A stretch of DNA of 64,000 bases, from assembly GCA_963848295.1 (NCBI GenBank), contig CAWKDB010000010.1, forward strand, positions 3,776,001 through 3,840,000, read 5' to 3'. The position numbers and the translations under genes are program-made. Origin of the DNA: an uncultured delta proteobacterium (GTDB lineage Bacteria > Myxococcota_A > Polyangia > Haliangiales > Haliangiaceae). Under the pieces are notes generated by a model. That model made no database searches. It was given only the letters and a program-made list of their open reading frames with translations, and was not told the DNA's origin. Below, one piece after another: positions 1 to 10,893 of this stretch; the first letter of the stretch is position 1, and each line of letters opens with the position of its first letter.

Positions 1-1230
1 GCGCGCCGCAACTTCGACGATGTCGCGGAGCTCGATACCGGTTCGCACGCCACGGTCGCAGGTGCGATGCTCGGCACCCCCGGCTACATGGCGCCGGAGC
101 AAATCCGCGGCGACACCGACCTCGACGGTCGCGCCGACGTCTACGCGCTCGGCTGCATGTTGTTCGAGATCCTCGCGCTCGCGCCGCTCCACCCGCGCGG
201 AACGGAAGGCCTCGCATCGACGCTCGCGGGTGTCTCTGTGCGGCCTTCGATCGTCGCGCCCGAACGCGAGATCGCGCCGGAGCTCGACGCGATCTGCCTC
301 GCGGCGACGATGTTCGAGCGCAACGATCGCTACGCGACGGCGCGCGAGATCGGCGAAGGCGTGCAACGCTTTCTCGATGGCGACCGCGACCTGGCGATGC
401 GCCGCGAGATCGTGCGGACCGAGATGGCCGTCGCGCACGCCGCACTCGCGAAGGGTAACCGCGAGAACGAGCGACGCATCGCGATCCGCGCCGCCGCGCG
501 AGCGCTCGCCCTCGATCCGACCGATCGAGATCCGGCCGATCTCGTCGCGCGCTTGATGCTCGAGCCGCCGGACGAAGTGCCCCCCGAAGTCGAGAAGGCG
601 CTCATCGCACTCGATCTCGCTGCGCTCGTTAACGAGCGCCCGTTGCTCGCGATCTCGGCGTTCTCGTTCATCGCGTTCATGCCGGTGTTCTTGTGGGCCG
701 GGATTCACGCGTGGTGGTTGCTCGGTGTTGGCGCCGCGCTCGCCGTAGGGATCGGCTTGATATCGGTGCTCCCGCCGCGCGAAAACATGTTTGCCGTCAG
801 TCGTGTGGTGATCGTCGGCTGGTTCGGGCTCGTCGCGGTGTTCGCGTTGCTCATCGCACCGCCGTTGATCGCGCCCGGATTGGGCGTCGTGGTGGCGATG
901 GCGGCCGCCACCCACCGGCGCGTCGCTCCTGGCTGGATGCTGGTCCTAGCGTGCACCGCTGCGGTGCTCGTCCCGTGGTTGCTCGGCGACCTCGGCGTGA
1001 TCGACAACCGAATCCACATCGTCAGCAACACGTTCGTGATGGACGCTCCGACCGATCACCTCAATGCGATCGGCGCGAAGGTCGGCCTCATGCTCTACAC
1101 CCCCGCGATGGCGACGCTCGCGGTATCGATCGCGAGCCAGCTCGCGCGCGACCGGCGCAACGCGCAGCGCACGACGCAGATCCAAGCCTGGCAGCTGCGC
1201 CAGCTCGTGCCGCGCCCGACCGAAGAGTAA
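1..1230 (+). CDS. Ser/Thr protein kinase (5' end outside window) with C-terminal multi-TM region
   Basis: GTPGYMAPEQ and ADVYALG kinase subdomains VIII-IX; frame open back to base 1; several hydrophobic helices in the C-terminal half. Confidence 0.9.
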   Translation, partial: ARRNFDDVAELDTGSHATVAGAMLGTPGYMAPEQIRGDTDLDGRADVYALGCMLFEILALAPLHPRGTEGLASTLAGVSVRPSIVAPEREIAPELDAICLAATMFERNDRYATAREIGEGVQRFLDGDRDLAMRREIVRTEMAVAHAALAKGNRENERRIAIRAAARALALDPTDRDPADLVARLMLEPPDEVPPEVEKALIALDLAALVNERPLLAISAFSFIAFMPVFLWAGIHAWWLLGVGAALAVGIGLISVLPPRENMFAVSRVVIVGWFGLVAVFALLIAPPLIAPGLGVVVAMAAATHRRVAPGWMLVLACTAAVLVPWLLGDLGVIDNRIHIVSNTFVMDAPTDHLNAIGAKVGLMLYTPAMATLAVSIASQLARDRRNAQRTTQIQAWQLRQLVPRPTEE

Positions 1231-1235
1231 GGCGC

Positions 1236-2132
1236 TCAATCGATGCGATCGCCGGGCGGGCGGACGAACAAGTGGCGCACCGGCGGGGTCGCGGCATCGC
1301 GCAGCGTCGGTGGCTCGATCAGCGCGTCCTTCGCGTCGATCCGCACCGGCTCGGGAGTCGCGAACACGCCGAGCTTGGTGACCTTCGCGAATCGCGCGGC
1401 GAGGGCTTGATAGGGCGCGCGCGAGGTCTTGACCCAACTCGCGATCGCGCCCGAGCCGCCGTAGCTCGTAACCGCGGTGCCGACCTTGTCGACGATCGTT
1501 TGCGGCAGCTTGCTGCCGACCGCGACGAACGCGGGGTTCGGGACCGAGCCGGTGTCGAACACTTTGGTCAAGCCATGCGCCGATGCGACGGGTGCGAACA
1601 CGGCGTCCGCCGCCTTGTACGACGCGACCTCGGAGATCGCCGCCGCGAGATCCGGCTTGCCGACGCGCGCGCCGAAGAACCCGGTGCCGACCTCGGACTC
1701 GAGCATCGCGTTGTCGATGAACCCGGCGTCGTCGCAGCCGGTCTGGATGAACGCGAGCTTCTTGCCTTCGAGCGCATGCATGTCGCCGCCTGCCGCCGAG
1801 AACAGCGCCCATGGCCGACTCGTCCCGCCGCCGACGTTAGCGGCCGCGAGCAGGTGCCAACTCGGGTTCGTAACGACACACGGCGCGTCGACGATGGCGA
1901 AGTCGACATGGTCTTTCTCGAGCGCGGCGATCGTCGCGTACGACTGCGCCTCGGTCTTGATCCCGGTGTTCTGCTCGATCGCTCTGGCGAGGCCTTGGAC
2001 GTACGTGAGGCGCGCTTGCGCCGTGCCGAAGTCGATCGATGGCGCGTAGATCCCGACGACGAGCCTCGCAGGCGCTTGCTGCGCATGGGCGGTCGCGGCG
2101 AGCGCGCACACGATGAGCAGCGCGCGGCTCAT
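1236..2132 (-). CDS. Secreted PhnD/SsuA-like substrate-binding protein
   Basis: Signal peptide MSRALLIVCALAATAHA; LARAIEQNTG..VDFAIVD, LEGKKLAF and VPNPAFV resemble periplasmic binding protein type 2; ATG overlaps upstream TGA (ATGA). Confidence 0.65.
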   Translation of the reverse strand: MSRALLIVCALAATAHAQQAPARLVVGIYAPSIDFGTAQARLTYVQGLARAIEQNTGIKTEAQSYATIAALEKDHVDFAIVDAPCVVTNPSWHLLAAANVGGGTSRPWALFSAAGGDMHALEGKKLAFIQTGCDDAGFIDNAMLESEVGTGFFGARVGKPDLAAAISEVASYKAADAVFAPVASAHGLTKVFDTGSVPNPAFVAVGSKLPQTIVDKVGTAVTSYGGSGAIASWVKTSRAPYQALAARFAKVTKLGVFATPEPVRIDAKDALIEPPTLRDAATPPVRHLFVRPPGDRID

Positions 2133-4633
2133 AGCCCGTAGATCCTCTTCTTGGCGTCGATCCACTTCTGGAGATCTCGGGTGGTCACGCCTCGCGCGCG
2201 CGCCCGTTGCCATGCGTCGTACGCGTCTTTCGTGCGACCGAGCTCGTCGTAGACGATGCCGAGATCGACGAGCGACTCCGGCGGATTGCCGGCCATTGCC
2301 TCGAGCGCGTTCAGCTTGTCCTTACCGAGCGCGAGCGTCGTGCGATCGAGCGCGATCCGGCGCTTGGCCTCGCCTGCGGCGGTCTTGTCGGCGGCCGAGA
2401 GCGCCTTGCTCGCCTCGGCGCGGTTGCCGGCTCTCCACGCGTCGGCCGCGACGAGCTCCCAGCACGAGCTCGCGAGCTCGCGCCCCTTCGCACCGAGGTC
2501 GCCTTGGAGCTTGGTCAGCTCGACGCAGGCGCGCTCGCGCGCGACCCCGGTCTGCGTGCGATACGCGGCATACGCGGTGAACAGCTGAGCGCCGACCTTC
2601 GCGTACGGCCCGGTGAGGTACGAGGCTTGATTGCCGCGCGTCGCGAGTGACTTGAACAAGCGCTCGGCTTCCTGCGAGCGGCCGGTGTCGAGCAAGGCGA
2701 CCGCGTACGAGAAGTCGAAGGCGAACGGCTCGGTCGCTCTGAGCACCGACGGGTCTCGGGTGGCGCGCTCGAAATCGCCCGCGGCTTCGGTCGCTTTGCC
2801 CTCGCGCAGCTCGCGCCAACCTCGGCGATACAACGCGATCGCGAGGTTGCGCTTCGCAGCCGGTCCGACCTCGGGATCCTGAGCCGCGATCGCGACCGCC
2901 GCGTCGAGCTTCTCGATCGCGGCAGCGAGCTCGGTGTCCCATTCGAGCGGCGCCCACTCGGTGTAGATCTCGGCGAGCGCGAGCTGAGCGTGCGCGCGCT
3001 TCGCCTCCTTCTCGGCAGCGGCGTACGCGAGCGCGGCGCGCTTCACATCGGGCTTGGTCTGGCACGTGTACGTGCGAGCGAGCAGCCGCGCGACGAGCAC
3101 CGAGTCGCTGCCGCGCACGCCCTTGAGCCGGATCAGATGCTTCTGTGCAGAGTCACAATCGCCGCGATCGAGCGCGAGCACCGCGAGGTTCGTCATCGTG
3201 ATCGCCGAGCCGGTGTCGAGCGCGAGCGCTTGCTCGAGCAGGGCCTGCGCGGCCTTGGAGTCCTTGGTCTCGAACGCTTGCTCGTTGATCGTCTGGACGA
3301 GCTCGCGCTGGACCTGGACGTCGCCGGGGCGCAGCTCGCGCGCCGCTTCGAACCGCTCGCGTGCCTCGCGCAAGTCGTGACGGTCGAACTGTGCCTTGCC
3401 CGCGATCACGAGCAGCGCGGCGCGTTGATCCTTCGGCGCCTTCGGGACCTCATCGGCGTTGCCGGTCAGCAGCTTGTCGGCAAGCGCCGCGGCTTTCCCG
3501 TCCTGGCGCGACTCGAGATATGCATCGCCGAGCTCGATCGCGATCTCGAGGCTGTTGGGATTCGCCGCGAGGCCCGCGGTGAGCTTGTCGATCGCCAGCG
3601 CGAGATTGGTGCCGCCCGCCGCCGCGGGCAACCGTCGATAGGTCTTGCCGAGCTTGATCGTCAGCTGGATCTGGTCGCGTTGCTGCGCCGGCTTGACGAG
3701 CTTCTCGGCGCGTAGATATTGATCGAGCGCGTTCGGCCAGTCGCGATCGGCGAAGTACGCGTCTCCGACGAGCTCGTAACCCCGCGCCTCGGTCTTGCGC
3801 AGCTCGACGAACCTCCCCGCGGCGGCGCGCGCTTGCTTCGTGCGATCGCGCGCGAGGTACGCGGTCGCGAGGTTGAACCACGCCGAGCCCGTCGGGTCGA
3901 CGCGCTTCGGGTCCGCGGTGATGCGCTCGCACACGGTCTCGGCTTGATCCCAGCGCGCGAGGCCGGCGTACGCGGCGCACAATCCGTTGTCGCCGTTCGT
4001 CTTCGCATTGGGCTTCTTGCCGAGCTTGCGCTCGACGAACTCGAACTGCTCCGCCGCCTTGAGGTATAGCGCGTGGGCCCTGGCATCGTCGGCGCCAGCC
4101 GCGGCGCGCGCGTTCGCGAGATCGGCGAACCCCAATCGGACGCGCGGCAGCACGTCGGTGGGTTCGAGCTCGGCGGGTCGATGCGCGAGGTACTGTTCGT
4201 ACGCGGCCTCGGTCTTGATCGGGTCGCGCGTCGAGTAGAACTCGCCGAGCAGCTTCTGATTCGAGAACGTCTCGGGCCGCAAGCCGACGACTTTCTCGGC
4301 GACCTTCGCCGCATCCTCGCGCCGGTCGGTCTCCCACAACAGCAGCGCTTCTTGCTCCATCACCTCCGGCGCGTTCGGCCAGCGCGCTTCGGCCTTCGCG
4401 ACGAAGTCCAGGCCGCCCTTGAGGTCTTTGAGGATGATGTAGATCGCGGCCCGCTTGCCGTACGCCTGAGGCGTGACCTGTCCGGGTGCCTTCGCGATCG
4501 CGCGATCGTAGGCGAATGCGGCGCGGCGCCAGTCGCCCTCTTCGAAGTACTTGTCGCCGTCGCGCAGGTCATCTTCGACCGCTGCGTGCGCCGCGGTGGC
4601 GGCAAGCAGCATCGCGACGACGAGAGCTCTCAC
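2129..4633 (-). CDS. Secreted tetratricopeptide-repeat protein (834 aa)
   Basis: Signal peptide ending AAHA; many TPR-like helical pairs (GDKYFEEGDWRRAAFAYDRAI, AWFNLATAY, LGIVYDELGRTKDAYDAW); coupled to both neighbours. Confidence 0.85.
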   Translation of the reverse strand: MRALVVAMLLAATAAHAAVEDDLRDGDKYFEEGDWRRAAFAYDRAIAKAPGQVTPQAYGKRAAIYIILKDLKGGLDFVAKAEARWPNAPEVMEQEALLLWETDRREDAAKVAEKVVGLRPETFSNQKLLGEFYSTRDPIKTEAAYEQYLAHRPAELEPTDVLPRVRLGFADLANARAAAGADDARAHALYLKAAEQFEFVERKLGKKPNAKTNGDNGLCAAYAGLARWDQAETVCERITADPKRVDPTGSAWFNLATAYLARDRTKQARAAAGRFVELRKTEARGYELVGDAYFADRDWPNALDQYLRAEKLVKPAQQRDQIQLTIKLGKTYRRLPAAAGGTNLALAIDKLTAGLAANPNSLEIAIELGDAYLESRQDGKAAALADKLLTGNADEVPKAPKDQRAALLVIAGKAQFDRHDLREARERFEAARELRPGDVQVQRELVQTINEQAFETKDSKAAQALLEQALALDTGSAITMTNLAVLALDRGDCDSAQKHLIRLKGVRGSDSVLVARLLARTYTCQTKPDVKRAALAYAAAEKEAKRAHAQLALAEIYTEWAPLEWDTELAAAIEKLDAAVAIAAQDPEVGPAAKRNLAIALYRRGWRELREGKATEAAGDFERATRDPSVLRATEPFAFDFSYAVALLDTGRSQEAERLFKSLATRGNQASYLTGPYAKVGAQLFTAYAAYRTQTGVARERACVELTKLQGDLGAKGRELASSCWELVAADAWRAGNRAEASKALSAADKTAAGEAKRRIALDRTTLALGKDKLNALEAMAGNPPESLVDLGIVYDELGRTKDAYDAWQRARARGVTTRDLQKWIDAKKRIYGL

Positions 4634-6333
4634 CCGAGCTTCCCGATCACCATCGTGATGTCGTCGCGGCGCGGCGTCTCACCGTAGTATTCGGCGGCGT
4701 CGCTCACGATCGCATCGCGAAGCTCGGGAGGTTCCAGGAAGGCCGACTTGCGCACCGACGCTCGGAATCGACGCTCGCCGTACTCCTCGTTGCCGGAGTT
4801 CTCGCACTCGACGATGCCATCCGTGTACCAGACGAGGAGGTCGCCGCTCAGCAGCTCGGTCGTCTTTGCTTCGTACTTCGAGTTCGGGTCGTCGCCGAGC
4901 CGGTTACCGCGGATCATCAGCGAGCCGAACTCGCCCTTGCCGTCGCTCGCGCGATAGAGGTACGGGAAGTTGTGGCCGGCGTTCGCGTAGGTGATCGTCT
5001 TCTTCTTCGTATCGATGATCGACGCGAAGCAGGTCATGACGAACTTGCGTTGCGCGCTCTCGTAGATCGCGTAGTTCATGATCTCGAGGAGTCGCGTGAC
5101 CGTGACTTCGTCGTTGTACAGGTGGCGCGCGACGTCGCATGCGGCCTTCGCGGCGGCGGTCAGCATCGCGGATGGCACGCCGTGGCCGGTGACGTCGCCG
5201 ATCACGATCAAGATCTTGCCGGACGCGAGCTCGCTCCAGGTCCACCAATCGCCGCCGGTTTGAGCGGCCGGGAGATAGTAGCCGGCGAACGTCAGCGGAC
5301 CGAACGTCACCGGGTCCGGGCTCGGGACGAGCGTCTCCTGGATCGTCTTGGCGACCTCGAGCTCTTGCTCGATCTTCGCCTTCTCGGCGGTCTGCTGGAG
5401 CAAGACGTTGATCTGGTCGGCCATGAAGTTGAAGCTGTCGCCGAGCTGCCCCAGCTCGTCGCCGCTCTTGACCTCGACGCGCGCATCGAGATCGCCGCGC
5501 GCGATCTGATCGGCTTTCCACGCGAGCAGCTTGATCGGTCGCGAGATCGCGAGGCCCTGAAAGATCGCGAGCACGACCCCGATCAACACGAACAGGCCGC
5601 CGATCGCGCCCGCGTAGATCGCCGCCTTGGTCGACGCTTCGGACTTCTTTGCCGACGCGGCCTCGATGAACCACTGGACTGGTGAGAGGTCGTAGCCGAG
5701 CACGACGTAGCCGAGCCGCGCCGCCGGCGGGTCGACCGCGACCGCACCTGCAGGCGTCGCCGGTTCGCCGACGAACACCGCGTACGCGAACATCCGGTAG
5801 GTCGAGCCGCCGGAGGTCAGCTCGTACTGGACCATAGGGCCGCCGCCGTTCTTGCTCGCGCTCCACGTCGCGAGCGCTTTCTTCCAGCTCTCCATCGTGA
5901 GCTCGCCGAGCGCGGGGGTCAGAGGCTCGTGATTGCCCTCGGTGCACTCGAGGTCCTTCGCCTCGAAGCAGTGCGCGACGACGTTTTGGTGCAGATCGAG
6001 CACGTACGCGAGCCGAAGCCCGTAGTCCTTCTTGCCGTTCGGGCCGTCCTTCGTGTCTTGCGTGACCGCCGCTTGGACCAGCGAGAGGATGTCGGCGTCG
6101 CGACCGCGGTCGATCAGCAGTTGCTCGACGGCGCGCGCGAACAACGGCGTGCCCAACGCACCGAGCGTCTCGCGGTCGCGCTTGAACAGATCGACCTGCT
6201 GTTGGGCAGCGTCGTCGTACGCATGGCGGATGTTGTTGACGTGCATGATCACGTCACCGACCGCGATCGCTGCAATCAGCAACGTCGTGGTCAAGATCAT
6301 CTTGACCGAGATGCTCAGACCTCCCTTGGCCAT
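4630..6333 (-). CDS. Membrane sensor with HAMP and SpoIIE/PP2C phosphatase domain
   Basis: Two TM helices, HAMP ([21 protein letters not shown]), PP2C motifs GGDW, GDVTGHG, YTDG, DDIT. Confidence 0.93.
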   Translation of the reverse strand: MAKGGLSISVKMILTTTLLIAAIAVGDVIMHVNNIRHAYDDAAQQQVDLFKRDRETLGALGTPLFARAVEQLLIDRGRDADILSLVQAAVTQDTKDGPNGKKDYGLRLAYVLDLHQNVVAHCFEAKDLECTEGNHEPLTPALGELTMESWKKALATWSASKNGGGPMVQYELTSGGSTYRMFAYAVFVGEPATPAGAVAVDPPAARLGYVVLGYDLSPVQWFIEAASAKKSEASTKAAIYAGAIGGLFVLIGVVLAIFQGLAISRPIKLLAWKADQIARGDLDARVEVKSGDELGQLGDSFNFMADQINVLLQQTAEKAKIEQELEVAKTIQETLVPSPDPVTFGPLTFAGYYLPAAQTGGDWWTWSELASGKILIVIGDVTGHGVPSAMLTAAAKAACDVARHLYNDEVTVTRLLEIMNYAIYESAQRKFVMTCFASIIDTKKKTITYANAGHNFPYLYRASDGKGEFGSLMIRGNRLGDDPNSKYEAKTTELLSGDLLVWYTDGIVECENSGNEEYGERRFRASVRKSAFLEPPELRDAIVSDAAEYYGETPRRDDITMVIGKLG

Positions 6334-6372
6334 TGCGCCGAGAGTAGCGCAGAACTGGTACGATTTACGCGG

Positions 6373-6933
6373 ATGGACCAGGACTCGCTCGCGCCCGCGC
6401 TCCAGCAGTTCTTGACCGAGTTCAAGCGCGTCGCGAACGCGATCGTCGACAGCTACTTCGTCGTCGACAGCGAGCGCCGGATCGTCGACTTCAACCGGGC
6501 GTTCTTCGCCTTGTTACCGCGCCAGCTCGCCCGCGGCCTCAAGGGCAAGCACTGCTTCGAGATCCTGGAGCTGAACATCTGCCAGCACGAGTGCATCGCC
6601 AAACAATGCTGGGCGAACGACCGCCACGTCCGGCTCGACGAGATCTCCGGAAACATCGCGGGCGAGACCCAGCGGCTGCGGTTCATCTTGTCGGCCGTGC
6701 CGATCACCGACGAGGCCGGCAACCACGTCGGCGCGCTCGAGATCCAGCGCAACGTCACCGACGAGGCGGTCGTCCAGGTGAAGTACCAGGAGATGCTCGA
6801 GACCGAAGCGCGCGAGCGCGAACGCATCGCGAACCAAGTGCGCGCCCGGACCAAGGAGCTGCTCGAGACCAACCAGCTGCTGCTGAAGACCCAGAAGGAG
6901 CTGCTCGCGTACAAGAAGGGCCTCGCGGTCTAG
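6373..6933 (+). CDS. Stand-alone PAS domain protein with C-terminal coiled coil
   Basis: [50 protein letters not shown] pattern, followed by a heptad-rich tail. Confidence 0.8.
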   Translation: MDQDSLAPALQQFLTEFKRVANAIVDSYFVVDSERRIVDFNRAFFALLPRQLARGLKGKHCFEILELNICQHECIAKQCWANDRHVRLDEISGNIAGETQRLRFILSAVPITDEAGNHVGALEIQRNVTDEAVVQVKYQEMLETEARERERIANQVRARTKELLETNQLLLKTQKELLAYKKGLAV

Positions 6934-6939
6934 CAGACG

Positions 6940-8466
6940 ATGCGGGTTCCAGTGGTCCGACCGTTCGCGCTGGTCGTGCTGGTCGCGTGCGCGTCGGCGC
7001 CGAACCTGCCTCTCCGTCCGGATCCGCAGCCGCCTGCGGGGTCGACGACCGAGGTCATCACTGCGCGCGACGGCACGCAGCTGTTGGCGCGGCACTGGGC
7101 CACGGCGGATGCGCCGAAGGCCGTCGTCGTGATCATGCACGGGCTCAAGGACTACTCCGCGCGTTACGCGGAGCTGGCCAACGAGCTCGTCGCGCACGGC
7201 TACGCCGTCTACGCGTTCGACTTGCGCGGCCACGGGCGCTCGGCGGGGCCGCGGGTCGCGCCGGATGACTGGTTCGATTACGTCGACGATCTCGATCGGT
7301 TCCTGACGTCGGTCGAGCAGCGCGAGCCCGGCAAGCCAGTGTTCCTGTTCGGCCACTCGATGGGCGGGCTGATCGCGGGCCTCGCAGCGGAGCGCCATCA
7401 GCCGCGGCTCGCCGGCTTGGTCCTGTCGGGCCCGGCGCTCGCGATCGATGCGCCGCCGCTGTTGATCGCGGGGACGCGGCTGTTCGGCGGACTCGCGCCT
7501 GGCTCGCCGGGGCTGAAGCTGCCGAATAGCGATTTCTCGTCTGATCCGAAAGCCGCCGCCGCGATGGATGCCGATCCGCTCGTGTCGCAAGGTGCGGCCC
7601 CGACGAAGACCGCGGTCGGGTTGATCGACGGGATGCGCGCTTTTTGGGCGGCCGTCGATGCGTTGACGATGCCGCTGCTCGCGCTGCACGGGACCGCTGA
7701 CAAGCTGACCGCGCCGACCGGCAGTCGGCTGCTGGTCGAGCGCGCGCCGACACACGACAAGACCCTCCACATCTACCCGGGGTTCTTTCATGATCTCGTG
7801 CACGAGCCGCGCGGGGCGGAGGTGCGCGGCGACCTTATCGGGTGGCTCGATGCCCACGTCGCAGGTGGCACCGCGATCGCTCCGCTCCCCATGTTCACCG
7901 GTCATCTCGACGGAGATCCGCGGGGCTGGACTCAATCGGTCGCGGTCGCGGTCGGCCTGTCGGGAGCGAATACGAGCGATGCGGCGTTCGCCGGTCGCTT
8001 GGCGGTCGACCTCGCGCGTCCAGCGCCAATCGGCTGGTCGGGCTCGCTGAGTCTGCGCCAGCTCGAGCGCTTCCGCTCGGTCGCACTTCGCCCTGTCGGC
8101 GCTGCGCTTCGCCTCGGCTCGACCGCGATCGGCGGGTCGGTCGGTGCGTCGATCATCGACCGCGAGAACGGCGTCGCCCCGAATCTCCGAGACGGCTACG
8201 CCGCCACCATCGCGCTTGCCGCGGGAGCCTGGCTCGAGCAGCCGCTCGGCCCTGTCCACGTGTCATTGTTTCTCGACGCCGACAAGCCGCGGAATCACGC
8301 AACCTCTCTCGAGGCTGGCCTCGCGCTCCGGCTGATCGGCGACGCCAGCTACTGGCCCGATGCGCGTGCCGGCCTCGGCCCCTTCATCGCAGTCGGCATC
8401 TCGGCGGCCGACGGTGTCACCACGCCCTTTGCGCTCCTCGGCGTCCAGCTCTACGGCGCGGACTGA
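6940..8466 (+). CDS. Lipoprotein alpha/beta hydrolase (lysophospholipase/monoglyceride lipase family) with C-terminal beta-rich extension
   Basis: Lipobox-like [21 protein letters not shown] nucleophile, HGTAD, FHDL triad motifs. Confidence 0.85.
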   Translation: MRVPVVRPFALVVLVACASAPNLPLRPDPQPPAGSTTEVITARDGTQLLARHWATADAPKAVVVIMHGLKDYSARYAELANELVAHGYAVYAFDLRGHGRSAGPRVAPDDWFDYVDDLDRFLTSVEQREPGKPVFLFGHSMGGLIAGLAAERHQPRLAGLVLSGPALAIDAPPLLIAGTRLFGGLAPGSPGLKLPNSDFSSDPKAAAAMDADPLVSQGAAPTKTAVGLIDGMRAFWAAVDALTMPLLALHGTADKLTAPTGSRLLVERAPTHDKTLHIYPGFFHDLVHEPRGAEVRGDLIGWLDAHVAGGTAIAPLPMFTGHLDGDPRGWTQSVAVAVGLSGANTSDAAFAGRLAVDLARPAPIGWSGSLSLRQLERFRSVALRPVGAALRLGSTAIGGSVGASIIDRENGVAPNLRDGYAATIALAAGAWLEQPLGPVHVSLFLDADKPRNHATSLEAGLALRLIGDASYWPDARAGLGPFIAVGISAADGVTTPFALLGVQLYGAD

Positions 8467-8470
8467 TTCG

Positions 8471-10879
8471 CTACAGCCCAGGCGGGGACCAGATCAGGCG
8501 GGCGTAGTCGCGGATCGATCGATCGGACGAGAATCGGCCGGCGCGCGCGACGTTGAGGATCGAGGAGCGCGTCCATGCGGCGGGCACGCGCCACGCGGCA
8601 TCGACCCGGCGTTGGCAGTCGACGTAGGCGCGGAAGTCGGCGCAGACGAGGAACGGATCGCGCTCGCGCAGATCCCAGACCAGCGGCGCGAAGAGATCTC
8701 GATCGCCGCCGGAGAACGTGCCATCGGCGATCAGATCGAGTGCGCGCGCGAGCTCGGAGTCGTGGACATCGCGCGGATGGTAGCCGGCGCGTTTGCGCGC
8801 GAGGACTTCCTCGGCGGTCATCCCGAACAGAAAGAAGTGATCGGCGCCCACCGCGTCTCGGATCTCGACGTTGGCACCGTCGAGCGTGCCGATCGTGAGC
8901 GCGCCGTTGAGTGTGAATTTCATGTTGCCGGTGCCGGACGCCTCCATGCCCGCGGTCGAGATCTGCTCGGACAGATCCGCGGCTGGATAGATGCGCTGCG
9001 CGACCTTGACGCTGAAGTCCGGTACGAACACGACGCGCAACAGCTCGCGCGCACGCGGGTCGGCGGCGATCGCATGGGCGATCCCATGCGCGAGTCGGAT
9101 GATCAGCTTGGCGGCGCGATACGAGGGCGCGGCTTTGCCGGCGAGCACGATCGTGCGCGGGGCCGCGAGTTGCTCGCCTCGGCGAATGCGATCGAACAGC
9201 GTGACGACGTGCAACAGATTCAGGTGCTGGCGCTTGTACTCGTGGATGCGCTTGCACTGCGCATCGAGCATCGCCGTAGGATCGAACCGACTACCGAGGT
9301 GAGTTGCCAGCGCAGCCTTGTTCGCGAGCTTCACCTTCGCCCAGCGATCGCAGAACGCGCGATCGTCGGCGAGCGGCTCGAGCTCGCGCAGCCGCTCGAG
9401 GTTGCGGATCCAACCGTCGCCGATCGCTTCGGTGACGAGCTCGGACAACTTGGGGTTCGCGAGCGCGATGAACCGCCGCGGCGTGACGCCGTTCGTGACG
9501 TTCGTGAACCGCTCGGGCCAGAGCTCGGCGAAGTCGCGCAGCACGGTCTCGCGCAACAACCGCGAGTGCAGCTCGGCGACGCCGTTGACGCGGTGGCTCG
9601 CGACGGTCGCGAGGTGAGCCATCCGCACCTGACGGTCGCCGTCTTCCCCGATCACAGACATCCGGCGCAGTCGGGCCTCGTCGCCGGGAAACTTCGTACG
9701 AACCTCGTCGAGGAATCGCCGATTGATCTCGAAGATGATCTGGAGGTGGCGCGGCAACAGCTGCTCGAACAACGGCAGCGGCCAGGTCTCGAGGGCTTCG
9801 GGCAACAGCGTGTGGTTCGTGTACGCGACCGCGCGGTGCGTGATCGCCCATGCTTCGTCCCACGTCAGGCGGTGGACGTCGATGAACAGCCGCATCAGCT
9901 CGGGGACCGCGAGCGCCGGGTGCGTGTCGTTGAGCTGGATCGCGAGCACGTCCGCAAGCTCGCGCACGGTCGCTCCGCCCAGCTGCAGCAGGCGGATCGC
10001 ATCTTGGAGCGAGCACGACACGAAGAAGTACTGCTGCTCGAGCCGGAGTTGCTTGCCCGCCGGACTCGAGTCGTTCGGATACAGCACCTTCGTGAGGTTC
10101 TCGCTGCGGATCTTCGCGTCGACCGCGCGCCAGTACTCGCCGACTTGAAACGCGTCGAGGTCGAAGTCCTCGCCCGCCGATGCGCTCCACAGCCGTAGGA
10201 AGTTCGTGCGACCGTTGCCGAAGCCCGCGACCGGCGTGTCGTACGGCACGCCGTTGACGACGCGGTCGGGGATCCACTTCGCGGCGCCGTCGTGCCACTC
10301 GACGCGCCCCGCGAAGCCGACCTCGTGCTCGATCTCGTAGCGCCGGATCTCCCACGGATTGCCTTTGCGCAGCCAGCGATCGGTGCGCTCGACTTGCCAG
10401 CCGTCGCGGATCTGTTGATCGAAGATGCCGAACTCGTAGCGCAGGCCGTAGCCGACCGCCGAGATGTCGAGCGTCGCGAGCGAATCCATGTAGCAGGCGG
10501 CGAGTCGGCCGAGGCCACCGTTGCCGAGGCCAGGCTCTTCTTCGTGCTCGACAAGCTCGTCGTATGACAGGCCGAGCGCGCGCAGCGCCGCGCGCACTTC
10601 GCTCTCGATCCCGAGCGCCTGGACGTTCGAGCCGAGCTGCGGCCCGATCAGGTACTCGGCGCTGAGGTACGCGATCGTCCGCTGCTTGGTCTCGAGCACC
10701 GCGCGCGCTCCGCGGACCCAGCGATGCATGACCCGGTCGCGCACCGCATATGCGACTGCGAGAAAGTGATCGTTCGTCGTCGCGACACCTTGGAACTTCG
10801 CGAGCTCGAAGTGCAGCTTGGCGACAAGATCGCGCGCGATCGACTCCGGATCGTCGCGCGGACCGGTGGCGTCGTTCAT
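8471..10879 (-). CDS. glgP: Glycogen/starch/alpha-glucan phosphorylase
   Basis: GLGNGGLGRLAAC, QLNDTHP, YTNHT, TNGVTPRR, KRIHEYKRQ, EASGTGNMK (PLP lysine), FSSDRSI; start placed at ATG 10879. Confidence 0.97.
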   Translation of the reverse strand: MNDATGPRDDPESIARDLVAKLHFELAKFQGVATTNDHFLAVAYAVRDRVMHRWVRGARAVLETKQRTIAYLSAEYLIGPQLGSNVQALGIESEVRAALRALGLSYDELVEHEEEPGLGNGGLGRLAACYMDSLATLDISAVGYGLRYEFGIFDQQIRDGWQVERTDRWLRKGNPWEIRRYEIEHEVGFAGRVEWHDGAAKWIPDRVVNGVPYDTPVAGFGNGRTNFLRLWSASAGEDFDLDAFQVGEYWRAVDAKIRSENLTKVLYPNDSSPAGKQLRLEQQYFFVSCSLQDAIRLLQLGGATVRELADVLAIQLNDTHPALAVPELMRLFIDVHRLTWDEAWAITHRAVAYTNHTLLPEALETWPLPLFEQLLPRHLQIIFEINRRFLDEVRTKFPGDEARLRRMSVIGEDGDRQVRMAHLATVASHRVNGVAELHSRLLRETVLRDFAELWPERFTNVTNGVTPRRFIALANPKLSELVTEAIGDGWIRNLERLRELEPLADDRAFCDRWAKVKLANKAALATHLGSRFDPTAMLDAQCKRIHEYKRQHLNLLHVVTLFDRIRRGEQLAAPRTIVLAGKAAPSYRAAKLIIRLAHGIAHAIAADPRARELLRVVFVPDFSVKVAQRIYPAADLSEQISTAGMEASGTGNMKFTLNGALTIGTLDGANVEIRDAVGADHFFLFGMTAEEVLARKRAGYHPRDVHDSELARALDLIADGTFSGGDRDLFAPLVWDLRERDPFLVCADFRAYVDCQRRVDAAWRVPAAWTRSSILNVARAGRFSSDRSIRDYARLIWSPPGL

Positions 10880-10893
10880 GCGCGGAAGATAGC

